From the NCBI GenBank assembly GCA_045536935.1, contig JAZSOO010000005.1:2804-66803 (forward strand): a stretch of 64,000 bases of DNA. The letters are read 5' to 3'. Under the pieces are notes generated by a model. The model saw only the letters and a list, made by a program, of their open reading frames with translations. It ran no database searches and had not been told where the DNA came from. The translations under genes and the position numbers were made by a program. Positions 19,396 through 29,839 of this stretch are shown one piece after another. The stretch's first letter is position 1; every line of letters starts with the position of its first letter. This DNA is from Eubacteriales bacterium (GTDB taxonomy: Bacteria > Bacillota > Clostridia > Oscillospirales > CAG-382).

Positions 19396-20325
19396 CTATA
19401 TCTTTTCGCATACACGCAATTTTGCGCTGTGCGATCTGCTGTTCATTTCCAATTCTTCTTCTGTGGGGAGGATCGGTTTTTTCGTTATTATTTTAACCGA
19501 AGGTTTCTTTCCGCAAACGCAAACGGGAAAGTCTGTTGGGCAAGTACAGGGTCTTTCTAACTTTTGGAATGCGTTTTTGACCAATCTATCCTCTAACGAA
19601 TGGAAGGTTATTATCGACATTCTTCCGCCGACGTTTAGAAGTTCGTTACCTGCCTCGATTGCTCTCGGAATTGCTTCAAGCTCGGAATTGACTTCGATCC
19701 TTATTGCCTGAAAGCTTCTTTTTGCAGGGTTTCCGCCGTCAAAACGGAATTTTTGAGGTATTGCGGAGGTTATTATTTCTGCAAGCTCAAGTGTTGTTTT
19801 TATTGGAGCTTCTTGCCTTTTGGTACAGATGCGGGAAGCAATCTTTGTTGCGAAGCGTTCTTCGCCGTACTCTTTGAGTATTCTTGAAAGTTCACGTTCG
19901 CTGTACGTATTTACAACTTCATAAGCACTAAGCGCTGCCGTTTGGTCCATCCTCATATCGAGAGGAGCGTCCTTCATATACGAAAAACCACGTTCCGCAA
20001 CGTCAAGCTGGTGTGACGAAACACCGAGGTCCATCAATATGCCGTCCACTTTATCGAATCCTGCGTATTCAACAGCGGAAGCGATATTTTCGAAATTATC
20101 TTTTACTGTTATCAAGCGGTCATCGTTGATTTTTTCTTTTGCGTTTTGCAATGCATCGTCATCACGGTCGATGCCTATCACTCTGCCGTTTGCACCGAGC
20201 TTTGAAAGTATCAAGGACGTATGCCCTGCACCGCCGAGAGTGCAATCAACGTAGATACCGTCGGGTTTGACTTCAAGCGAATCGACCGTTTCGTGAAGAA
20301 GTACCGAAATATGATTAAATTCCAT
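19396..20325 (-). CDS. rsmH: 16S rRNA (cytosine1402-N4)-methyltransferase
   Basis: MraW/RsmH motifs ([23 protein letters not shown]). Confidence 0.95.
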   Translation of the reverse strand: MEFNHISVLLHETVDSLEVKPDGIYVDCTLGGAGHTSLILSKLGANGRVIGIDRDDDALQNAKEKINDDRLITVKDNFENIASAVEYAGFDKVDGILMDLGVSSHQLDVAERGFSYMKDAPLDMRMDQTAALSAYEVVNTYSERELSRILKEYGEERFATKIASRICTKRQEAPIKTTLELAEIITSAIPQKFRFDGGNPAKRSFQAIRIEVNSELEAIPRAIEAGNELLNVGGRMSIITFHSLEDRLVKNAFQKLERPCTCPTDFPVCVCGKKPSVKIITKKPILPTEEELEMNSRSHSAKLRVCEKI

Positions 20326-20327
20326 AA

Positions 20328-20747
20328 TCAGAAGCCCAATTCAATAAGTTCGTTAGTAACTTCTTCGTTATCGATAAGCTGTTGTTCCTTTTCCCATTCG
20401 GCCGCAGACCAAAGTTCAAGATGGGAACGGTTGCCGACGATCACTACTTCTTTTTCCAAGCCTGCCAATTCACGGTAGACCTGCGACACGGTTACTCTGC
20501 CCTGAGAGTCTACCGAGCCTTCATACGCACCGGAATAGAAATAACGGCGTATATGACGTTCTCTTGCAACGGGAAGCTCTTCGATCTTCGCTGTGAAGCG
20601 TTCCCATTCTTCCATAGGGTACACGCAGATACATTTATCAAGTCCACGAGAGAATATAAATTCTTCGCCGAGCTTATCACGAAGCTTTGCGGGAATAAAC
20701 AGACGTCCCTTGGAGTCTATATTATGTCTGTATTCACCATAGAACAT
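20328..20747 (-). CDS. mraZ: transcriptional regulator MraZ
   Basis: Duplicated SpoVT/AbrB-like MraZ halves ([13 protein letters not shown] and DSQGRVTV). Confidence 0.95.
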   Translation of the reverse strand: MFYGEYRHNIDSKGRLFIPAKLRDKLGEEFIFSRGLDKCICVYPMEEWERFTAKIEELPVARERHIRRYFYSGAYEGSVDSQGRVTVSQVYRELAGLEKEVVIVGNRSHLELWSAAEWEKEQQLIDNEEVTNELIELGF

Positions 20748-20836
20748 CGGTCTTTTCCCCTTTCTTGAAGTGTTTTTTGCGGTTTTTATGGGATTTTGCT
20801 CCCTTGCGCTCCACTTTACGCCTCTAATATGGTCTA

Positions 20837-20865
20837 ATTATACTCTAAAGCCCCAAAAAATGCAA
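20837..20865 (-). promoter_or_regulatory. candidate dcw (mraZ) promoter
   Basis: On the minus strand, TTGCAT (20865-20860), a 17-nt spacer, then TATAAT (20842-20837), about 90 nt upstream of the mraZ ATG. Confidence 0.5.
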
Positions 20866-21189
20866 TAGTAAGGGAAAACTATTTAATGCAGTTACAGATA
20901 CCGTTTCGTCATTATGACTATGACGTTTTTCCTTATATTGCAACGGTTTTCGACGTTATTATATGTCGATATATGGTGTACTGTGGTGAAATTTTTGTGA
21001 TTATGTTAACAAACATATGTTCGGGTTTTGGAATAATGCCCTATTTCATTGGAAAATCAAGATGTTTGGAGAAATATATCAATTCATTTTCGGCGTTGTG
21101 CAGAAGATTATCTTCATTTTCGAGGTCTTTTTATCAATACTTTCTTTTTATATTTATTTTCAACCGAAAAACAAAGTATGCAAAAAGAA

Positions 21190-21228
21190 AAAAGCTGTCA
21201 CGATTTAGCTTTCGTAACAGCTTTTTGT
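21190..21228. terminator. terminator after fhs (end of the pur-fhs operon)
   Basis: AAAAAAGCTGTCAC-gatttagctttc-GTAACAGCTTTTT hairpin with flanking A and T runs. Confidence 0.6.
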
Positions 21229-21243
21229 TGTAATTATTGATTT

Positions 21244-22920
21244 TTAAAAGAGTCCGCTTATCACGCCGTTTTCGTCAACGTCGATACGTTCTGCGGCGGG
21301 AGCTTTGGGAAGTCCGGGCATTGTCATTATATCGCCCGTGAGGACTACTATAAAGCCTGCACCTGCAGAAACCTTTACGTTTCTAACGGTTACTTCAAAG
21401 TTTTCGGGTGCTCCGAGCTTTGAAGGGTCGTCAGAGAAGCTATACTGCGTTTTTGCGATACATACGGGACAATTTCCGAATCCGAGCGATTCCAAGCGTT
21501 GGATCTGTTTCTTTGCGGAAGGAGTTACGATTATTCCGTTGCCTCCGTAAACCTTTTTAACAACAGATTCTATCTTCTGCTCAATAGTGCAATCATCTTC
21601 ATAGGAGAAGGTGAAATCGCCCTGTTCTTCTTCACAAAGTCTGACAACCTCGTGTGCGAGCGCTTCTCCACCCTTTCCGCCGTCTGCCCAGACGGTTGAA
21701 AGAACGGTATTAACGCCAAGTTCTTTACATTTAGCGATGATGAAGTCGATTTCGTTATCGGTGTCTGTCGGGAATCTGTTTACCGCAACGACACACGGGA
21801 GCTTGTAAACGTTTTTGATATTGGAAACGTGACGCAACAAATTGGGTATACCACGCTCGAGAGCAGTTATATCCTCGGTTGCAAGTTCGTTCTTTGCAAG
21901 TCCTCCGTGCATCTTAAGCGCACGTACGGTTGCAACGATGACGACTGCATCGGGTGTTAGTCCTGCCATACGGCATTTGATATCGAGGAACTTTTCTGCA
22001 CCGAGGTCTGCGCCGAAGCCTGCTTCCGTTACGGTATAGTCACCCATTTTGAGCGCCATCTTCGTTGCAATAACCGAATTACAGCCGTGGGCAATATTCG
22101 CAAAGGGACCGCCGTGAACGAACGCAGGAGTGCCTTCGAGCGTTTGGACAAGGTTCGGCTTTAATGCGTCCTTCAAAAGCGCAGTCATTGCACCTTCTGC
22201 CTTAAGCTGACCGCAGGTTACGGGTTCATCGTCATAGGTATAGCCGACGATTATATTGGAAAGACGTTTTTTAAGGTCGGTTATCGAATTGGATAGGCAG
22301 AAGATCGCCATAATTTCCGACGCAACGGTTATATCAAAACCGTCTTCACGGGGGACACCGTTAGCGACACCGCCCATACCGTCGACAACGTAGCGGAGCT
22401 GACGGTCGTTCATATCGACACAACGTTTCCAGGTTATACGGCATGGATCAATATTAAGCTCGTTACCCTGTTTGATATGGTTATCGAGCATAGCGGCAAG
22501 AAGGTTGTTTGCCGCACCGATTGCGTGGAAGTCGCCCGTGAAATGAAGGTTGATATCCTCCATAGGTACGACCTGCGCATAGCCGCCGCCTGCCGCACCG
22601 CCTTTAACACCGAACACAGGGCCGAGGGACGGCTCACGAAGAGCGACGGTAACGTCCTTGCCGATGCGTTTTAAGCCATCGGCAAGTCCTATTGTTGTCG
22701 TTGTTTTACCTTCGCCCGCAGGGGTGGGTGTTATTGCAGTTACGAGAATTAATTTTCCGTCTTCTTTTTTTGTTTCTTTTAGGAGTGACAGATCTATCTT
22801 TGCTTTATATCTTCCGTATTGTTCAATATACTTTTCGTCAACGTGTGCAACACTTGCGATCTCTTGGATCGGCTTCATTTTGCAACTTTGAGCGATTTCA
22901 ATATCGGTTTTATATTGCAT
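21244..22920 (-). CDS. fhs: formate--tetrahydrofolate ligase
   Basis: 558 aa with FTHFS signatures ([27 protein letters not shown]). It starts only 15 nt downstream of purL. Confidence 0.95.
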   Translation of the reverse strand: MQYKTDIEIAQSCKMKPIQEIASVAHVDEKYIEQYGRYKAKIDLSLLKETKKEDGKLILVTAITPTPAGEGKTTTTIGLADGLKRIGKDVTVALREPSLGPVFGVKGGAAGGGYAQVVPMEDINLHFTGDFHAIGAANNLLAAMLDNHIKQGNELNIDPCRITWKRCVDMNDRQLRYVVDGMGGVANGVPREDGFDITVASEIMAIFCLSNSITDLKKRLSNIIVGYTYDDEPVTCGQLKAEGAMTALLKDALKPNLVQTLEGTPAFVHGGPFANIAHGCNSVIATKMALKMGDYTVTEAGFGADLGAEKFLDIKCRMAGLTPDAVVIVATVRALKMHGGLAKNELATEDITALERGIPNLLRHVSNIKNVYKLPCVVAVNRFPTDTDNEIDFIIAKCKELGVNTVLSTVWADGGKGGEALAHEVVRLCEEEQGDFTFSYEDDCTIEQKIESVVKKVYGGNGIIVTPSAKKQIQRLESLGFGNCPVCIAKTQYSFSDDPSKLGAPENFEVTVRNVKVSAGAGFIVVLTGDIMTMPGLPKAPAAERIDVDENGVISGLF

Positions 22921-22935
22921 AACAAACTCTCCTGT

Positions 22936-25900
22936 TTATTTAAAATAACGTACTGCCGCCTCGAACATCTTTATGTCGTATTCGCCGGGAACGTTCTTAT
23001 AAAGACCTGCGCCTATACGTTCGCTGTGACCCATCTTACCGAACACTCTGCCGTCGGGAGAGGTAATACCCTCGATAGCGCACATAGAGCCGTTCGGGTT
23101 ATAGTGAATATCACCGGTAGCGTTACCGTTAAGGTCAACGTACTGGGTTGCGATCTGACCGTTTGCGGCGAGTTCTTTGATGAGTTCTTCGCTTGCCAAG
23201 AATCTGCCTTCGCCGTGAGATATCGGAACGTTATAAACATCGCCGACGTTGGTGAGAGCAAGCCAAGGAGATTTGTTCGAAGCAACACGGGTACGAACGA
23301 TTCTCGATTGGTGACGGGCAATTGTGTTGAATGTAAGAGTGGGGCAATTTTCATCGGTATCGATGATCTTGCCGTAAGGCACCAAGCCGAGCTTGATGAG
23401 TGCCTGGAAGCCGTTACAGATACCGCACATCAAGCCGTCACGGTTTTCGAGAAGGTCGGTCACGCCGTCCTTGATCTCTGCGTTACGGAAGAATGCAGTA
23501 ATGAATTTACCGCTTCCGTCGGGTTCGTCACCGCCGGAGAAGCCGCCGGGAATGAAGATCATCTGTGCGGTCTTCAATTCGTTAGCGAAGCGTTCAACGC
23601 TTTCACGGATACCCGAAGCAGAAAGGTTATTTATAACGATGATTTCGGGGTCTGCGCCTGCATCACGAACGGCCTTTGCGGAATCGAATTCGCAGTTTGT
23701 GCCGGGGAACGCAGGAATCAAAACCTTGGGTTTTGCGGATTTAATCTTGGGTGCAACACGTTCGGTTGCTTCATAATTGAAGGTAGAAACGTTGGTTGCG
23801 CTGTCAGCGATATTGCAGGAATATACGCTTTCGAGTTTATCCTCGTAAACACCCAATATCTCGTCAAGGCAGATCTTTTCGTCACCCTTGACGATAGCTT
23901 TATTATCGGTAACTTCACCGATAAGCTTACCGCAACCTGCACACTCGGTTACTTCAAGAATGAACGAACCGTAGTTATAGCCGAAGAGGTCTTCGAGAGT
24001 GAGTTCGTTATTATAAGTAAATCCAAGCATATTACCGAAGCACATCTTCATTACTGCTTCAGCAACACCGCCTATGCCGAGAGTATAGCAGGAAACAGCC
24101 TTGCCGCTTCTTAAAAGTTCGGTGACTTTATTAAAGGTATTTACAAGAGAATCGGGTTTGGGAAGTCCGTCGGTGCCGAATTCGGGAGAAAGCATTATAA
24201 CCTTATTGCCAGCTTTCTTAAATTCGGGAGAAATGACGTCGCTTGTCTTCCCTGCCGTTACAGCGAAGGAAACGAGTGTGGGAGGAACGTCGAGGTCTTC
24301 GAACGAACCGCTCATAGAGTCTTTACCGCCGATAGAGCCGATGCCGAGCTCCATTTGCGCTCTGAAAGCACCGAGGAGTGCGCTTAAGGGCTTGCCCCAA
24401 CGTTTTGAATCCTTACCGAGGCGTTCGAAATATTCCTGGAACGTAAGATATACGTCCTTGAATTCTGCGCCCGTTGCAATCAATTTTGCAACAGATTCAA
24501 CAACAGCGAGATATGCGCCGTGGAAGGGGCTTTGTTCGGTTATGAAGGGGTTATAGCCCCAAGACATAAACGAGCAGTTATCGGTATGTTTCTTTTCAAC
24601 GGAGATCTTCTGGACCATAGCCTGAATGGGAGTATGCTGATACATACCGCCGAAGGGCATAAGGACCGTGCCTGCGCCTATCGTAGAGTCGAAACGTTCG
24701 GAAAGTCCACGTTTCGAGCATACGTTAAGGTCGGAAGCGAGAGATTTATAGTTTTCGGTAAAGCTGCCCGAAATTTCTTTCTTTGCAAGCTTACCTTCTA
24801 CGGTTTCGATCTCGATATGTTTATCTGCGCCGTTGGAATTGAGGAATTCACGGCTGATGTTAACGATCTCATTGCCGTTCCAAGTCATAACAAGACGAGG
24901 TTCTGCCTGAACGGTTGCAACCTGGACAGCGCTGAGGTTTTCGGTATATGCAAGCTCGAGGAAGCGTTTTACGTCCTTAGCTTCAACTACGACAGCCATA
25001 CGTTCCTGAGATTCGCTTATTGCGAGTTCGGTACCGTCAAGGCCTTCGTACTTTTTTGGAACAGCATTAAGGTCGATCAACAAGCCGTCTGCAAGTTCGC
25101 CGATAGCAACCGAAACACCGCCTGCACCGAAGTCGTTACAACGCTTGATAAGACGGCTTGCTTCGGGGTTACGGAAAAGACGCTGAAGTTTGCGTTCTTC
25201 GGGAGCGTTACCCTTTTGAACCTCTGCACCGCAGGTTTCAAGAGATTTAGACGTATGCGATTTGGAGGAACCTGTTGCACCGCCGCAACCGTCTCTACCC
25301 GTTGCGCCGCCGAGAAGGATAACTGCATCGCCTGCTTCGGGACGTTCACGGCGAACGTTTTCTGCAGGAGCAGCAGCGATAACCGCACCTATCTCCATAC
25401 GTTTTGCGGCATAGCCGGGGTGATAAAGTTCGTCAACGATACCCGTTGCAAGACCGATCTGGTTGCCGTAGGAGGAATAGCCTGCGGCAGCGGTAGTAAC
25501 TATCTTACGCTGAGGAAGCTTGCCTTTGATGGTTTCGGAAACGGGCTTTAAGGGATCAGCCGCACCGGTAACACGCATTGCACCGTAAACATAAGAACGG
25601 CCGGAAAGCGGGTCACGGATCGCACCGCCGATACAGGTTGCCGCACCGCCGAAAGGTTCGATCTCTGTGGGGTGGTTATGGGTTTCGTTCTTGAAGAGAA
25701 GAAGCCAAGGTTCTGTTACACCGTCAACCTCGATATCGAGCTTTACGGTACAAGCGTTGATCTCTTCGGATTCGTCAAGCTTATCAAGCTTGCCGTTTTT
25801 CTTAAGATATCTAACGGCGAGAGTAGCAATATCCATCAAGCAGATGGGCTTGGTTCTGCCAAGCTCTTTACGGGTCTCGATATATTTATCGTATGCTTCC

Positions 25901-26628
25901 TTCAAAAGCTCGTCTTCGAAGGTAACGTTATCGATCACCGTTTGGAAGGTCGTATGACGGCAATGGTCAGACCAATAGGTATCGATCATCTTGATCTCGG
26001 TGATGGTGGGATCACGCTGTTCTTCGATGAAATACTTCTGGCAGAAGATTATATCGTCGATATCCATAGCAAGGCCGAATTCGTTAATAAACGCTTCAAG
26101 ACCTGCTTTATCAAGCTTTATAAATCCGTCAAGAGTGCGTACCGTTGTGGGAATTACGTATTCGGTTGCAAGAGTTTGAGGTTTATCAAGAACCGCTTCA
26201 CGGGATTCAACGGGGTTGATAACGTATTTCTTGATAGCGGCAACGTCGGATTCGGTAAGGTTTCCGTAGAGTGCATATACTCTTGCGGTCTTTATAACGG
26301 GGCGGTCGCCCTGAGAGATTATCTGAATACACTGTGCCGCAGAGTCTGCACGCTGGTCGAACTGACCGGGAAGGTATTCAACGGCAAAGACGACTGCGTC
26401 ACCGAGAAAATCGATATTATCGGTTACTATATCAAGCTGAGGTTCGGAAAAAACGGTCTTTTTTGAATATTCAAAGAGGTCTTCCGAGATATTCTCCGCA
26501 TCGTAGCGGTTGAAAAGGCGTACGTCGGTAAGTGCTTCGATACCGAGAAGTGTTCTAACGTCGGAGAGAAGCGCTTTTGCTTCGAGCGCAAGTTCTTTTT
26601 TCTTTTCTACAAATACTCTGTATACCAT
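22936..26628 (-). CDS. purL: phosphoribosylformylglycinamidine synthase, single-chain large form (synthetase + glutaminase)
   Basis: 1230 aa. It has a PurS-like N-terminus, duplicated AIR-synthase-like core domains, and a C-terminal class-I amidotransferase (CGICNGFQ, HGEGRF). Confidence 0.93.
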   Translation of the reverse strand: MVYRVFVEKKKELALEAKALLSDVRTLLGIEALTDVRLFNRYDAENISEDLFEYSKKTVFSEPQLDIVTDNIDFLGDAVVFAVEYLPGQFDQRADSAAQCIQIISQGDRPVIKTARVYALYGNLTESDVAAIKKYVINPVESREAVLDKPQTLATEYVIPTTVRTLDGFIKLDKAGLEAFINEFGLAMDIDDIIFCQKYFIEEQRDPTITEIKMIDTYWSDHCRHTTFQTVIDNVTFEDELLKEAYDKYIETRKELGRTKPICLMDIATLAVRYLKKNGKLDKLDESEEINACTVKLDIEVDGVTEPWLLLFKNETHNHPTEIEPFGGAATCIGGAIRDPLSGRSYVYGAMRVTGAADPLKPVSETIKGKLPQRKIVTTAAAGYSSYGNQIGLATGIVDELYHPGYAAKRMEIGAVIAAAPAENVRRERPEAGDAVILLGGATGRDGCGGATGSSKSHTSKSLETCGAEVQKGNAPEERKLQRLFRNPEASRLIKRCNDFGAGGVSVAIGELADGLLIDLNAVPKKYEGLDGTELAISESQERMAVVVEAKDVKRFLELAYTENLSAVQVATVQAEPRLVMTWNGNEIVNISREFLNSNGADKHIEIETVEGKLAKKEISGSFTENYKSLASDLNVCSKRGLSERFDSTIGAGTVLMPFGGMYQHTPIQAMVQKISVEKKHTDNCSFMSWGYNPFITEQSPFHGAYLAVVESVAKLIATGAEFKDVYLTFQEYFERLGKDSKRWGKPLSALLGAFRAQMELGIGSIGGKDSMSGSFEDLDVPPTLVSFAVTAGKTSDVISPEFKKAGNKVIMLSPEFGTDGLPKPDSLVNTFNKVTELLRSGKAVSCYTLGIGGVAEAVMKMCFGNMLGFTYNNELTLEDLFGYNYGSFILEVTECAGCGKLIGEVTDNKAIVKGDEKICLDEILGVYEDKLESVYSCNIADSATNVSTFNYEATERVAPKIKSAKPKVLIPAFPGTNCEFDSAKAVRDAGADPEIIVINNLSASGIRESVERFANELKTAQMIFIPGGFSGGDEPDGSGKFITAFFRNAEIKDGVTDLLENRDGLMCGICNGFQALIKLGLVPYGKIIDTDENCPTLTFNTIARHQSRIVRTRVASNKSPWLALTNVGDVYNVPISHGEGRFLASEELIKELAANGQIATQYVDLNGNATGDIHYNPNGSMCAIEGITSPDGRVFGKMGHSERIGAGLYKNVPGEYDIKMFEAAVRYFK

Positions 26629-27899
26629 TATTTCACCTCCGGTGCTTTTAACGCACGGGCACCGATGTCACGGCGCACATAGGAATTTTCAAATTTAATA
26701 GTGTCTACGAGCTTATAAGACGCATCTATCGCTTCGGGAAGAGTCTTTGCGATTGCTGTTACGCCCAATACTCTGCCGCCCGACGTTACAAGCATTCCGT
26801 CTTTAAGCGCACCGCCCGCAACGTAAACGTTTTTAAGCGTTTCTTCGGGAATAGATATAGGATATCCCTTTCCGTAGCTTTCGGGATAGCCCTTCGATGC
26901 CATAATTACACAGCAAGCATTGGAATTACTGAACTTAACTTCGGTTTCGGAAAGGGTCTCGTTCGTTACCGCCTGCATAACAGTCAACAAATCGCTTTCC
27001 AAGAGAGGAAGAACAACCTGTGTTTCGGGATCGCCGAAACGGCAGTTATATTCGATGACCTTGGGGCCGTCCTTTGTGAGCATAAGACCGAAATACAAGC
27101 AACCCTTAAATGTTCGGCCTTCAGCGTTCATTGCATTGATTGTAGGAAGGAATATCTTTTCCATACATTCAGCAGCAACTTTTTCTGTATAATACGGGTT
27201 GGGTGCGATCGTGCCCATACCGCCGGTATTCAAGCCTGTATCGCCTTCGCCGATACGCTTATGGTCCATAGAGGAGATCATAGGAACAACGGTTTTGCCG
27301 TCGGTAAACGAGAGAACGGATACTTCGGGGCCTTCGAGGAATTCTTCGACAACGATTCTGTCACCGCTCTTACCGAAAGCCTTATCGCACATCATGGATT
27401 TTACGGCATCGATCGCTTCTTCACGGGTGAATGCGATTATAACACCCTTACCGAGTGCCAATCCGTCAGCCTTGATAACCGTAGGAATGGGTGCGGTTGC
27501 GATGTATTCGAGAGCAGAATCTACGTTATCGAACACCTCGCAAGCGGCGGTGGGTATACCGTATTTTTTCATCAATTCCTTAGAAAAGACCTTACTGCCT
27601 TCGATTATGGCAGCGTTTGCACGGGGACCGAAGCAAGGGATCCCCTTTGCTTCAAGTGCATCTACACAGCCGAGCACCAACGGATCGTCGGGTGCAACAA
27701 TTGCATAGTCAATATTATTTTCAACGGCAAAAGCAACGATATTTTCGATATCCTTTGCGCCGATATTTACACATTCGGCATCACGGGCAATACCGCCGTT
27801 GCCGGGGAGAGCATAAATCTTTTCAACGCTCTCGTTTTCTTTTATCTTCTTGATGATAGCGTGTTCTCTACCGCCACCACCGACAACAAGTATTTTCAT
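26628..27899 (-). CDS. purD: phosphoribosylamine--glycine ligase
   Basis: MKILVVGGGGREHA N-terminus, an ATP-grasp core and the GDTGLNTGGMG motif. Confidence 0.95.
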   Translation of the reverse strand: MKILVVGGGGREHAIIKKIKENESVEKIYALPGNGGIARDAECVNIGAKDIENIVAFAVENNIDYAIVAPDDPLVLGCVDALEAKGIPCFGPRANAAIIEGSKVFSKELMKKYGIPTAACEVFDNVDSALEYIATAPIPTVIKADGLALGKGVIIAFTREEAIDAVKSMMCDKAFGKSGDRIVVEEFLEGPEVSVLSFTDGKTVVPMISSMDHKRIGEGDTGLNTGGMGTIAPNPYYTEKVAAECMEKIFLPTINAMNAEGRTFKGCLYFGLMLTKDGPKVIEYNCRFGDPETQVVLPLLESDLLTVMQAVTNETLSETEVKFSNSNACCVIMASKGYPESYGKGYPISIPEETLKNVYVAGGALKDGMLVTSGGRVLGVTAIAKTLPEAIDASYKLVDTIKFENSYVRRDIGARALKAPEVK

Positions 27900-27911
27900 T
27901 TTTCCTCCGAA

Positions 27912-29096
27912 TTAATGGTGGAAGAGACGCATTCCCGTAAACACCATCGTCATATTGTATTTGTTACAGCAATCGATCACCAAATCGTCACGGATCGATC
28001 CGCCGGGTTCTGCGATATACTTAACACCGCTCTTATTAGCACGTTCGATATTATCAAAGAACGGGAAGAATGCATCGGAACCGAGCGCAACGTTATCAAC
28101 GCTATCGAGATATTCACGGATCTCTTTATCGGTGAGAGGTTCGGGCTTGACAGTGAAATACTTTTCCCAAATACCGTCTGCACAAACGTCTTCTTCGTTT
28201 TTGTTGATATATCCGTCAATAACGTTATCTCTGTCGGGTCTGCTTATATCGGAACGGAAAGGAAGGTTTAATACCTTTTCGTGCTGACGCAAGAACCAAG
28301 TATCTGCTTTTGTACCTGCAAGACGGGTACAATGGATACGGGATTGCTGGCCTGCGCCAACGCCGATAGCCTGACCGTCAACAGCGTAGCAAACGGAATT
28401 GGACTGAGTATATTTAAGGGTGATGAGCGCAATTATAAGGTCACGTATCGCGCTTTCGGGAAGTTCTTTATTTGCGGTAACGACATTGGTGAGAAGTTCT
28501 CTGTTAATAACAAAATTGTTTCTTCCCTGTTCGAAGGTTATGCCGTATACCTGTTTGTGTTCTGCTTCTGCAGGAACGTAATTTTCGTCTATCTTGACGA
28601 TATTGTAGTTGCCTTTTCTCTTGGATTTCAAGATTTCAAGTGCTTCGGGTTCATAACCGGGGGCGATGATACCGTCGGAAACTTCACGTGCGATCATTTT
28701 TGCGGTCGTTACGTCGCAAACGTCGGAAAGTGCGACCCAGTCGCCGAAAGAGCACATTCTATCGGTACCTCTTGCTCTTGCGTATGCGCAAGCCAAGGGG
28801 GATTCGTCAAGGCCTTCGATATCGTCAACGAAGCAAGCTTTTTTGAGTTTATCGGAAAGAGGAACACCGACAGCAGCGGAAGTGGGGCTTACGTGCTTGA
28901 AAGAAGTTACGGCAGGAAGGCCGAGAGCTTCTTTAAGTTCCTTTACAAGCTGCCAAGAGTTGAATGCATCAAGGAAGTTGATATAACCGGGTCTGCCGTT
29001 GAGGATTTCAATGGGAAGATCGCTTCCGTCATACATATATATCTTTGAGGGTTTTTGGTTGGGGTTACAACCGTATTTAAGTTCGAATTCTTTCAT
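27912..29096 (-). CDS. purH: AICAR formyltransferase (PurH transformylase domain only, no MGS-like IMP cyclohydrolase domain)
   Basis: 394 aa starting at the AICARFT motif LKYGCNPNQ and ending ...FTGMRLFHH. The N-terminal ~200-aa cyclohydrolase domain of bifunctional PurH is absent. Confidence 0.85.
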   Translation of the reverse strand: MKEFELKYGCNPNQKPSKIYMYDGSDLPIEILNGRPGYINFLDAFNSWQLVKELKEALGLPAVTSFKHVSPTSAAVGVPLSDKLKKACFVDDIEGLDESPLACAYARARGTDRMCSFGDWVALSDVCDVTTAKMIAREVSDGIIAPGYEPEALEILKSKRKGNYNIVKIDENYVPAEAEHKQVYGITFEQGRNNFVINRELLTNVVTANKELPESAIRDLIIALITLKYTQSNSVCYAVDGQAIGVGAGQQSRIHCTRLAGTKADTWFLRQHEKVLNLPFRSDISRPDRDNVIDGYINKNEEDVCADGIWEKYFTVKPEPLTDKEIREYLDSVDNVALGSDAFFPFFDNIERANKSGVKYIAEPGGSIRDDLVIDCCNKYNMTMVFTGMRLFHH

Positions 29097-29110
29097 TGTT
29101 ACGGTGCTCC

Positions 29111-29827
29111 TTATTTATTCTTATTGATGATGATATCGGTCGGGTTTGTGCCGTCAAGCGGAACGCAACGAACGAAGAGAGAAACCTTGTTATCTTCGTT
29201 GAGGTTGTTCCAAACGAGGTCCGCCAATTCTTCAGCGGTGTTGGGAAGAGCAACCTCTTCGGGTTCGCCGTAGAAGGAAGGAATGGGGTTGCCGTCGCAC
29301 TTATAGGTATGAATGAAATGGCCGATACCGTTTTCGGGGAGATAGTTATAGAAGAAACGGTTGCAAACATCGGGTCTGCCGTTTGCGCTCTTCAAAATAG
29401 AAAGCTTATAGGAGAAATTGTTTTCTGCGAAATTATAGTTTACGATACCCGAGATTCTGGGAGTGAAGTTGGGAGCATCGGGCTCGAATTCACGGGTGTA
29501 TAGTGCATCTTCAAATCCCTTGCCGTCAACGAGAAAATCGTAAACGGTATTGGTTTGGTCGCCGTTTGTGATGATATCGCTGTTTTCGAATTTAAGATAA
29601 GGGTTATAGATGATAAGGCTCGGATCTTCGAGCTTGGTTTCGTCAAAAGCCTTGGTACGCATACCGCCTTCAAAGCTTTCGAAGATACGGTTGCGTGAAT
29701 TTCCGCTTCTGCCCATTATAAAATATGCGATCATAGCGTTTTTGCCGTCTGCAGATTTACCGATCACGATACCTCTGCCGGGATATGAATTTTCGCTGAG
29801 GAGAGTCTTAAGATCGTACAATGCCAT
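29111..29827 (-). CDS. purO: IMP cyclohydrolase, archaeal PurO-like type
   Basis: About 238 aa. The sequence YPGRGIVIGKS..AYFIMGRSGNSRNR resembles the PurO family as I recall it. It sits between purN and the AICARFT-only purH. The ATG at 29827 follows AGGTGG. Confidence 0.7.
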   Translation of the reverse strand: MALYDLKTLLSENSYPGRGIVIGKSADGKNAMIAYFIMGRSGNSRNRIFESFEGGMRTKAFDETKLEDPSLIIYNPYLKFENSDIITNGDQTNTVYDFLVDGKGFEDALYTREFEPDAPNFTPRISGIVNYNFAENNFSYKLSILKSANGRPDVCNRFFYNYLPENGIGHFIHTYKCDGNPIPSFYGEPEEVALPNTAEELADLVWNNLNEDNKVSLFVRCVPLDGTNPTDIIINKNK

Positions 29828-29839
29828 AATTTCCACCTA

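Noticed and set aside
18749-19711. 320-aa plus-strand ORF
   Set aside because: It runs antisense across ftsL and the 3' end of rsmH. It has low-complexity composition and no RBS.
20748-20836. MraZ operator repeats in the mraZ 5' UTR (AAGTGG / AAGGGA, 11 nt apart)
   Set aside because: Only two weak, imperfect repeats are present, and the MraZ box consensus varies between lineages. This is not enough evidence to call a site.
20886-21240. Overlapping 115-aa and 63-aa plus-strand ORFs in the 0.5-kb gap between fhs and mraZ
   Set aside because: The region is AT-rich intergenic sequence with no RBS, and the ORFs overlap each other in different frames. It is more likely the dcw promoter and long-leader region.
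22819-25551. 431-aa and 343-aa plus-strand ORFs
   Set aside because: Both are antisense shadows of purL. They have no recognisable motifs and no RBS.
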